From IMG/VR virus record IMGVR_UViG_3300030329_006380, positions 32,001-96,000 of that record: a DNA stretch of 64,000 bases; one strand, written 5' to 3'. The position numbers and the translations under genes were made by a program. The notes beneath the pieces were generated by a model that was given only the letters and a program-made list of their open reading frames with translations, was not told where the DNA came from and did no database searches. The stretch is from a virus. Below are positions 58,001 through 64,000 of this stretch, one piece after another (positions within the stretch are counted from its first letter, which is position 1; each line of letters starts with the position of its first letter).

Positions 58001-60771
58001 TTGCTGAAATCCCAATGTAGTGCCAGAGTTTTAACCTGAGGGTGGTGGGATCCCGTCAACACATATGTACCGGCGCCGGAGGGGGAGCCACCTAAACCTT
58101 CATATAAATACGCATTTCTGTATGGATCTCTGGTTCCGTAGTTCAGTGGACTTCTTGCATGAAAATTAATAGTTTCATTATCTAGATAATCCAACCAATA
58201 TCTTACAGAGGATATCTTAGCATAAGATTGCTGTAATACTGCACCAGTAAAATTAGTTCTGTGTGCACCAACAAATATCCTTTTGCGATCGGATAAAAAC
58301 CTAGTTCCGGGAGTTTCATCAATAGTACCGTGTATGTGAAAGCTACTAGATTGATTTGACAAGATAGAATGTACACCATAGAAATCTACATCATATGTGC
58401 TGGGGCTTGTCCCATTATATGTGGAATCACCTATTAGTGACTGAGGAGTTCTTGAAGGTTTAACCCTAATGGCAAAATTCCACCGTTTATTGTCAAATAC
58501 GTTAACAAATACACTGCTGCTTAACGTAGGAAAATTATTTTGAGAACTGGACAAATAGAATCTGGCATTTCGGCTATATCTACTATTTCTAACTGCATAA
58601 ACATGAAAGCTACCAGAATCTGAGGTATCCCATGTCATATCTGCATCGGCGCTGCCAGACGCTTTGGAATGGCCACCGAATAAAGAACACGTTACTGGTA
58701 CCTCAAAGAAATTTTTATCCTGCGGAAATGCCACGCGCGGGAATATACACTCAGCTTCCACTGTTACAGCGTGATCTTTTTCACGTAAAATCAAACCTGA
58801 TCCACTTATATAAGATAAGGAATCGCTTATCGCGCTAGATGTTTGCTGAAATACTGTTGCATTAAAGCTACCAGTATTATAAAAATTAACATATCTTTTT
58901 TTCTCGACAACTTCTCGATAATGATCTTCAAAAGTATAAGTTTCATTATCAGCATATAAGTTAATTCTTAAAAGTTCCTCATCAACGCCAAAGCAATGAA
59001 AAAGATTTCTAAAAGATTTTTCCGTACCTTTCGACTTATAAATATAAATCAAATTATTATATATATTTTTATAAATTAAATTTTTAATATCATGTATGGT
59101 GTCTCTATAGAGCCTGTCTTCATCTCTATCCTTAAAAAATTCTAAAATCTCTGCATCTGCAAATAACTCTGGGGCGGGGAACCCACGAGACTCCAACATA
59201 CGGTCAACAAATGGATACGGTTTAAAACTACTAGTGGCTACGTGGGACCCAGAAGTGTATTCAATGGCAGAGAGAGAGGGCAGGACCTCAACTTGCAAAT
59301 GAAGCATATCAAAATAGCTAGCTATTATCTGAGTTAAGTGTTTTAACTCGCTGGTACCTTCTTCCTCGTCTTCTTCAATAATCCACGCAGGTACGCTTTT
59401 AATAATGGATGCATTATTGGTATAATCATACTCTTGGCCAACCTTAACCTTCTCATCGTAATAAGAAGATACATCCGGGTGATCTGAATAAATAATTGGA
59501 TCCTTGGTTTCAAATTCTGCCGCCGATGCAGAAACAATAGCTGAGCCAACATTTCTTGATGCATCGCCCACATAACCAGTCCATGTTGCGTTAGAGACTC
59601 TTCCAGAATAATCTAACACTTTAGAATCGCGAGTGGATTTGCCAGTAATCCCCTCATTAAATTTAAAATAAATCCCCAGAGAAGTGTTTGACGTATCAGT
59701 GTTAGTGCCACCATCAACTTGTGTAAACCAATTCCTACCAATATCGCGAGAAGTCCTGGATTCCTTCCAAAATCTGAATTCATCTAGCGAGCCTGAGAAT
59801 TTGCCCCACCCTTTCATATCATCGCCAAATGTGTGATATATATTGCCTGAGGGAGCAGTCAGGAGCCCACCAATGTTCATTTGACTTCCGGTACTAATTA
59901 TCTCGGTTAGGCCGCCGCCGCCGAAAGTATTAAGCGTTTGATTTAATTCGCCATTAACATAGAATTTTAATAAATTTCTAACGGCGCCGGATACGATCGA
60001 AAAAGCATAATGATTCCACCCGTCTAGCAGGCTAGCCGTTGTAAAGCCACTACCTATCATCTGATTGCTGTATCCGGATGTTCCGGACATATATGTAACT
60101 CTAAAGGGTGAATCATCTGCTGTTGTACTAGCACTCACTTCAATAGTAAATCGACCATATTCAACACTAGATGAAGGTGCACCATTCCAGAGGTCAAATA
60201 TTACCTCTTTGCTGGTTAGTGCCAGACCTGCATATGCTTCCTTCTTTAACCAAAACTCAACAGTGGACCCGGACCCGTTAAGCCCAATGTTAAAAGTTTG
60301 ACCGGTGGCGCTTTCAAAAACATTGTCAACATTTATACTCTGTGACACATGGATATACTCATAGGATGCCGTTGCGGGGGCGCCATAATCACCTATTGTC
60401 TCTACTTTGTTCCCCCAGCCTGCGCATGCTAAATTTATATATCCATTAGTCTTGGGGTATTCATTCTTAAAAATATGTAAATCTAAATAAGAAGAACTAA
60501 GCTCCCACAGTGTCTTTTCATATCCAGAGCCATCATACGGATACGTATGTATGATTCTTCTTATTGAGTCTTTATAGTATTTTTCAGCCGATCCATATTT
60601 TGCAAAATTCTCAGGCACATACAGATCAACATGAGGAATTGATCTATCTTTATTCTTTACATAAGCATCAATATAATTTTCTGATTCGACTTCTTCGCCT
60701 AATTTTCTCAGCGATTTGCCAACTAAAGCGCTAGAAGCTTCTTCATTTCTAAAAAGATCTTTTATAGCCAT
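52033..60771 (-). CDS. Giant baseplate wedge/receptor-binding protein with LamG domains (gp7/P2 gpI-like core), 2912 aa
   Basis: LamG motifs VEFWLK, WNHYAFS, FYVNGEL, FSGSLDEFRFW; wedge motif LIYIYKSKGTEKSFRNLFHCFG; second LamG-like region WNFAIRVK...ISSVRYW. Confidence 0.65.
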   Translation of the reverse strand: MAIKDLFRNEEASSALVGKSLRKLGEEVESENYIDAYVKNKDRSIPHVDLYVPENFAKYGSAEKYYKDSIRRIIHTYPYDGSGYEKTLWELSSSYLDLHIFKNEYPKTNGYINLACAGWGNKVETIGDYGAPATASYEYIHVSQSINVDNVFESATGQTFNIGLNGSGSTVEFWLKKEAYAGLALTSKEVIFDLWNGAPSSSVEYGRFTIEVSASTTADDSPFRVTYMSGTSGYSNQMIGSGFTTASLLDGWNHYAFSIVSGAVRNLLKFYVNGELNQTLNTFGGGGLTEIISTGSQMNIGGLLTAPSGNIYHTFGDDMKGWGKFSGSLDEFRFWKESRTSRDIGRNWFTQVDGGTNTDTSNTSLGIYFKFNEGITGKSTRDSKVLDYSGRVSNATWTGYVGDASRNVGSAIVSASAAEFETKDPIIYSDHPDVSSYYDEKVKVGQEYDYTNNASIIKSVPAWIIEEDEEEGTSELKHLTQIIASYFDMLHLQVEVLPSLSAIEYTSGSHVATSSFKPYPFVDRMLESRGFPAPELFADAEILEFFKDRDEDRLYRDTIHDIKNLIYKNIYNNLIYIYKSKGTEKSFRNLFHCFGVDEELLRINLYADNETYTFEDHYREVVEKKRYVNFYNTGSFNATVFQQTSSAISDSLSYISGSGLILREKDHAVTVEAECIFPRVAFPQDKNFFEVPVTCSLFGGHSKASGSADADMTWDTSDSGSFHVYAVRNSRYSRNARFYLSSSQNNFPTLSSSVFVNVFDNKRWNFAIRVKPSRTPQSLIGDSTYNGTSPSTYDVDFYGVHSILSNQSSSFHIHGTIDETPGTRFLSDRKRIFVGAHRTNFTGAVLQQSYAKISSVRYWLDYLDNETINFHARSPLNYGTRDPYRNAYLYEGLGGSPSGAGTYVLTGSHHPQVKTLALHWDFSNLTGSGDSSVEAFTVTDISSGSTTAQGDYGTIGKIALTHHPGVGYDFPTDHNGAIVVEHVQSAKKSLPEIMNSYDMVNIITGSAEETFGRDERPTTYFLSIEKSMYQNISEEMINMFSTIAAFSNLIGDPVHRYRDGYKGLEKLREIFFSKVSNTPDVERFIDFYRWFDSALNKLIKELVPVSARMPDNVQNVIESHILERNKYRAKFPTIEEKLNIIEGVAKGISEQMSVDDDDNVNIPLYKQSFARMSDNWSVSHAPISKSQKDNVLWWKTRTERSDPDLTSGDTSVDTSRQTIADVLQRTTDRKRQTALRTTFGHDKYIKGGVNFPTQKKYDLYKSGRANSTLQANVITRDGSSKLFIDRRINTVDYSELIQKEKLDVQIQDGAGDAAPTGDMAFPFSIYSSSVDVGYGVTDLHTLSTPESIKIDITGLHEDVYGPEYERPLQGPFTRTHVGGMPHRSNFVSDGTDTQDTRAEAFRVYADTTKLKIVNPRNNPFGNARYHLPRSDFYKDGTSRRPINIKNIQHTTASNFLGNYEKDYQIVQTSNRRLNNRWFVDTEGGDLESSDLDFAKDSFNLSTTADSGLVGGLKDYTKPIRARGKHVIVERFSAPGGPETMGDTDGGPGLDALSAEYSIYNCLNYRNFNVRQVLNDFASIHCGPGGHSSHEDDVASWYTSAPSASFRKIQRNGFRRIKYNAGFDTASDPGDGSAFSTASIYDNEFIQRPIPAQDSGYAWITASAVASSLPFGHALEEDEINFLSASELGSTVPYPNREFGITLAQSDAASATGFLRTDFAGLNYHIYEPITASSNILGYSSFDCPTNCIGGDFDDLSNYQNISTIKRNADWPSWVSYAGVLNALIHHRQGPYGWPSWKQIRGRNHPIRRDEVQHNRFSIVKTEERAHEGATFKFSKSTSLKQYTEPPITSKHKYISHEFAVAGAPEGLRYKVDHSYGNNKTRFTNRDLNLELFGSDNDERTQTYDQLYQDYSLNFRSPSERERLGNIPAGKSIFRNMIYREIVYPAEANTYLSGTRARTQFTYNHLWNSTRADRTKTNRINDFGETIPTESVWPLDARADFATAVPGYANKTDGAGALQASYVRWHSGSLLMPANEYKLKAGAVYARRTVSDAATASFPEIAGDTMWEAATQSGLEPYYTSYESYAEVMRAQGKEYSLIPEFRISEHLEYYIKDNLSDFSATRDSLFSLTGAASSDSSFSSFCREYLHSDFMKFFDVFRKDHESNNASAITLTCKAFKKFLPYEGFYPAQRALKVASLFSSSYANALTSSGADSDDERVTAPVRYRPIASALYAPGILFNSIKSGIAVDYPVHVSSELNPSASVGTSTIPEHVPQMSIAQNYDDRIPFEGLMFPEIYFPGPSGASLANQSIKIIDNEPHPSASLNLTASFNPSVQPDPLYSIAMNNFLAETMNFFLKKRGPGAIVSKPVNKISFDNQSFGRYAMEINLRQTKDFTMYNRASAFGPPSAVQFGVLSIPTNYSNTASVYWPHTPPYFGTEKGAQAIITFPAGDTVLENKEYTLMEIINSSSVTFRRSTPAHEEGFFSFAYVYTGPGAQRMQLDSSVNLFNIVKRKQISFSEAGGIQSISNDPSSGNPESQWVISPKFECPVLDFQSVSVTSGAYGSECLSRGMWHQYGSLPSVDKGIYLSVEDYKFATDHTMTGSLAKVLGFSSMEGETFRTAAQFVGGGAKIKIGDMPQKTREVFEAVVAVPFMLNNSNEKEFFTIPRDHIEYAKKKLKGATSELDFTGIPQEVIDDPPHRSIVNIVAMMDKYVFPPSFNFVEFEEVTPAVMFVFEFNYKFSGQDLANIWQNLLPATNKTRGPIPTGHSSHEESARIPDVSEISVVHPSLRTAFFDPTKKVGKELRWMVFKVKQRALNNYGDAVKLSTLTDYTPIPGMSLTKRLERLDLLNRVGASPMTNVNHAVTRGYSYNWPYDYFSFVELVNLEAEVALSSEPDEIPEGHEKSRIHEGINE

Positions 60772-60774
60772 AAT

Positions 60775-62274
60775 TTATTCTACTCTGAATTTGAATATCT
60801 CGGGTTGTTCATGATATTGACCATTGATGTAATAAGTGAATCTTAAGTTGTATAAGTAATCCGGCTCGAAAAAACTCATATCTAGATCAAGATAACTCCC
60901 AGAGATATCATACGACATCTGTGTATGCTTCGTGCTCCCCGTGCCATAACTTATAACTTCTAAGTTATCGATGGCGCGTTCAACTTTATAATAAGCATCA
61001 TCAATTATTTCAGAAGCCATCACACTAGTTGCTTTTGTATAAATAGTTGGAGACCAATCTTTTTGTCGAATGAACAATCGAAGTCGCGGCTTCTCTTCTG
61101 CGGAGTATGTAGATTTCAAATTCTTTATAGTTGTTACGTATTCTGGATTGGTGCTATAATTTTGTGAACCAAATGTTTTGACTGTTATTGCACTACCGGT
61201 ATGATAAATAGTGTTGACGTGGGCACCGAGGCCTGAGCCAGAATGCCACACTGGATATATCGTTGTTGTTCCGGAAGAAGTATAAGCAAAGGAAGCTGAG
61301 TATATTCCCGTTGTAACCCAGCTAGCCGTAATATTTGCATCATTATTGGTCAATACGCCGCCGCCCAGTGGAAGTGTTATGTGATCACCACCGAGAGTTG
61401 AATAAAGGCTAACTAGCATATGACTAGTGCCAACACCGGGGATATCTTGATATTGTCCCCTAATATTATTATAGAGATATATATTGTTTAGATTATCTGC
61501 CGGAGGGGCGAGGGCGCTACTCAAATAAAAACTACCAGCATTATCTTTCTTCGCAGAATCCCAGCGCGCCTCTATTAGAGGACGTTTATTGAAATATTGT
61601 GTTCCGCGGGCAAAAAACTTCTTCGTATAAAATGATCCGGATGTTGATCCATCTTCTTGGCTGCCCGTAAGATAAACAGCAATGCCGAAATTATCATATC
61701 CGCCGGCCCCAGTGCCTGCAATCCATTTTTCCACTAAATCTGAAATATCGATTTCTAGATCCTCGGTGCCGCGGTCGAAATATTGAGTATAAATATTGCT
61801 AGTATAATCGTAATCGGAGGACGTTAAAAAATTGCCGCCTTCGGAAACCCACGCTGTTGTGCTACTAGCGGATATCCAGTTGGCATACCCTTTATCGGTA
61901 TACCCTTCCATATCGAGTCCTTCTCCTTCATCCCAAGACTGTGATATAGCAGAAGCCACCAGTGTAAATTGCCTAGGCAAAGTCTGACTATGGACGGCAT
62001 TGAACAAGCGTAAATAAAAACTTACGCTACCACTAGCAGGTATCGTATTGGCTGTTCGGTCATCCGATATTGCCGTAATCGGGAATTTATATAAAGCTCT
62101 AGATTTTTCTACAGAAGCTCCATCAGTGCTACTTGACACCTGCGAATAAATAGAAAATATTTCCGTAATATCTGATTCGCCCATATTTGAACCCGTGCCG
62201 CGGGTGGCGAGACCAGATTTATATGCATTTGTTATTGTGGTGTCAGCACTAGCTGTATATCTTGTTATTGCCAT
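60775..62274 (-). CDS. Baseplate-associated beta-sandwich protein (DNRLRE-like N-terminal domain)
   Basis: SRALYKFPI, SQSWDEGEG, LEIDISDLVEKW, RPLIEARWD; between the gp6-like and giant wedge genes. Confidence 0.55.
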   Translation of the reverse strand: MAITRYTASADTTITNAYKSGLATRGTGSNMGESDITEIFSIYSQVSSSTDGASVEKSRALYKFPITAISDDRTANTIPASGSVSFYLRLFNAVHSQTLPRQFTLVASAISQSWDEGEGLDMEGYTDKGYANWISASSTTAWVSEGGNFLTSSDYDYTSNIYTQYFDRGTEDLEIDISDLVEKWIAGTGAGGYDNFGIAVYLTGSQEDGSTSGSFYTKKFFARGTQYFNKRPLIEARWDSAKKDNAGSFYLSSALAPPADNLNNIYLYNNIRGQYQDIPGVGTSHMLVSLYSTLGGDHITLPLGGGVLTNNDANITASWVTTGIYSASFAYTSSGTTTIYPVWHSGSGLGAHVNTIYHTGSAITVKTFGSQNYSTNPEYVTTIKNLKSTYSAEEKPRLRLFIRQKDWSPTIYTKATSVMASEIIDDAYYKVERAIDNLEVISYGTGSTKHTQMSYDISGSYLDLDMSFFEPDYLYNLRFTYYINGQYHEQPEIFKFRVE

Positions 62275-64000
62275 TATCTAACACTTCCCTTAATATTTGT
62301 AAAAAGTTTTTTGAATTCAAAGACTACATTCAGTGGAGCAGTAATATACCTCCCAGAGGGTGCTGTCTGATCCTCTACACTAAAGATTGTCTGAGAATAT
62401 CCAACGTTGGTCACTTGGTTGACTTTTACATGCGCAACATCTAATACACCCTTAACCTTTCGAAGTATATCATAAACCTTCGTTATGTAAAAAGGTTCGC
62501 CCATTTCCATAGTTTTCTGTCCTAATTTATTCACCAGTGCATTGGTGCATGATTGTAGGACCTCATATTTATTGTGATTATTCTCCGACACCACTATAAA
62601 CTCTAAACCCAGATTCACAATTTTACCATCAACAATATCTACGGCATCGTTAATCATTTTGTATTTCTGAATCCAAGTTTTTAAATTTGTCTTAAGTGCA
62701 TTATTTGGAACGGTTAAAAATCCATCGGCATCTTCGGATAAAATGTAAATATTCACGGTTCTTCTGTTACTATCATAATTTTGTATTACATTACATTTTT
62801 TAACTGCGCCGAAAGCAGCAGGCATATTATATACTATAGCACTGTAATCTGACTTGGTGACTGCGCGGTTTTGTGAAGCGAAAGTATCCATTATTCTTAT
62901 CTTCATTTCTTCAATCGTGGGTTTACTTATATCTCCAACGATCGATTCAACATTGTTACATTCAATTGAACTCTCCACGAATGTCTTGAGGGAGGAATCT
63001 AAAGCAGCCAACTCTTGCTCTTCGTAGGGAAACTCTAAAGTATATTCATTTACGTTCGCTACTGATCCCGCCTCAGCGTTAACCAATCCGGCACTATTGT
63101 GCCGATAAACTATATGCAGTGAAGTATCAACTGGGGCAATGCCAAATTTATCAGTCTCCACTATTTTAGTCGGATCAAATGTTTTATCAGTAATATAATC
63201 TCTCCCATAAAAATCAATTGCAACATTCTTCGGGTCATCAATTATATTGGTCTTCAATTCTGCTTCAGATCCATAGCCAAAAACTAATATTGTACTAGTT
63301 CTGGTATGTTCCACTGTGAACCTACGTGGGACAATTTGAGGTACCAAAACATTGGGTATGCTTACCTTACCTTCGCCAGTATTTGGAATCGCTCGATAAA
63401 TAACATTTTGAGAAAGATAATCAACCTCATAATATTCATTGCCCTCTGAATCTATAACACTGATTATCTCCGAGATATTTGCAGCCGGAATTGCTACCTT
63501 CTGGAATCTTCTAAATCCGCCGACTGCTATATCCGTGGAACTCTCCTGTCCGGATATAATTCGACCGGAAACTCTAACTGCTATAGCATTAACTCCTCCG
63601 ATAGACGCATCGTCTATTCTCGCAACAACATAATCAGCAACGGGTGAAGAAAAATCAACATCTTCAATTAAAGTAAATTGGACGCCACCGGTGGAAGATA
63701 CCTTTGATCCCTTCTTGAGGACCGGTAAATAAAATGGATCGGGGGTCAATCCATCAGTAGATGCTGGCACCAATACATAAAAATCTACAATCCCCTGTGA
63801 TACTGGGCTACCAGAGTATTTATATCCCATCTGGCGACCAATGCGCGATACATTGACGAATTCAGTTGCAGAGTCCAGATACAACTCATTAACTTGATAA
63901 TCTAAATAAAAAGATAAAATATCGCCAACATACGCTACGGTATCGATCATCAAAGAAGCAAATGATGCCTTGCTAAAATCTTTGAAAGAGTCTGAATAAT
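62274..64000 (-). CDS. Baseplate wedge protein (T4 gp6/P2 gpJ-like), 5'-truncated by the window edge
   Basis: Frame open to 64000 (YSDSFKDFSKASFASLMIDTVAYVGDILSFYLDYQ), FASQNRAVTKSDY, YILSED; the track start at 63953 is an internal TTG. Confidence 0.88.
   Translation of the reverse strand, partial: YSDSFKDFSKASFASLMIDTVAYVGDILSFYLDYQVNELYLDSATEFVNVSRIGRQMGYKYSGSPVSQGIVDFYVLVPASTDGLTPDPFYLPVLKKGSKVSSTGGVQFTLIEDVDFSSPVADYVVARIDDASIGGVNAIAVRVSGRIISGQESSTDIAVGGFRRFQKVAIPAANISEIISVIDSEGNEYYEVDYLSQNVIYRAIPNTGEGKVSIPNVLVPQIVPRRFTVEHTRTSTILVFGYGSEAELKTNIIDDPKNVAIDFYGRDYITDKTFDPTKIVETDKFGIAPVDTSLHIVYRHNSAGLVNAEAGSVANVNEYTLEFPYEEQELAALDSSLKTFVESSIECNNVESIVGDISKPTIEEMKIRIMDTFASQNRAVTKSDYSAIVYNMPAAFGAVKKCNVIQNYDSNRRTVNIYILSEDADGFLTVPNNALKTNLKTWIQKYKMINDAVDIVDGKIVNLGLEFIVVSENNHNKYEVLQSCTNALVNKLGQKTMEMGEPFYITKVYDILRKVKGVLDVAHVKVNQVTNVGYSQTIFSVEDQTAPSGRYITAPLNVVFEFKKLFTNIKGSVR

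Larger units (their letters stand above)
1..64000 (-). mobile_element. Large T4-like myovirus (probable jumbo phage) virion morphogenesis region
   Basis: Co-oriented, gap-free minus-strand genes including terminase, portal, prohead protease, gp23-like capsid, sheath, tube, tape measure and baseplate; no host housekeeping genes or integrase seen. Confidence 0.95.

Noticed and set aside
672-59573. Alternative-frame minus-strand ORFs (e.g. 13429-13812, 17520-17747, 22338-22610, 29215-29547)
   Set aside because: Nested in conserved genes, without protein-like motifs or evident start signals
23060-61212. Other copies of the upstream motif within or overlapping coding sequence (23060, 27357, 31140, 33251, 56922, 61040, 61205)
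   Set aside because: Their number matches the rough chance expectation, and most are far from a start codon or overlap it; not called as promoters
167-63633. Plus-strand ORFs in the track (e.g. 4876-5283, 7071-7388, 13724-14095, 24117-24467, 26872-27300)
   Set aside because: All lie antisense to long minus-strand genes, mirror their composition (Phe/Ser/Leu-rich) and show no recognisable motifs; treated as shadows
1-64000. Stop-codon reassignment (TAG or TGA recoding)
   Set aside because: Standard-code ORFs tile the window at very high density, and TAA, TAG and TGA all serve as true gene ends
1-64000. tRNA or other structured ncRNA genes; introns and inteins
   Set aside because: Non-coding gaps are under 100 nt and are explained by SD, motif and terminator sequences; no intein or homing-endonuclease motifs seen in terL, portal, primase or capsid

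Overview
The whole window is the virion-morphogenesis region of a large, T4-like contractile-tailed phage (probably jumbo-sized). About 55 genes tile the minus strand almost without gaps, in the standard genetic code, and most have AGGAG-type Shine-Dalgarno sites. In transcription order (right to left) they encode: baseplate wedge proteins (gp6/J-like, and a 2912-aa LamG/gp7-like giant); tail-collar-like paralogs; a small DNA-processing island (RuvC-like resolvase, primase, FGE/C-lectin-fold protein, single-chain SbcCD); a holin/spanin-like membrane cassette; terminase, portal and head-core genes, prohead protease, ribosomal protein bS21, head accessory genes, scaffold and major capsid protein; neck, sheath, tube, tail chaperones, tape measure, tube initiator, LysM protein and hub. 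No tRNA, CRISPR array, integrase or host genes were seen. Product names come from motif recognition by eye, not database searches. The strongest unexplained signals are: (1) a [S/T]-[G/A]-S tripeptide concentrated in outer virion proteins and absent from SbcCD, possibly a modification sequon; (2) a conserved upstream motif ACTA(T/C/A)TTA in every non-coding gap over 45 nt, a probable novel late promoter; (3) shared N-terminal (MK..hK.hI.EE) and C-terminal (R.KLLAGIK) tags on head-module proteins, suggesting a capsid-loading code; (4) a U7 slippery overlap that could fuse two tail chaperone ORFs by a +1/-2 shift; (5) two unannotated micro-ORFs, one a Cys-rich peptide beside a CxxC membrane protein.
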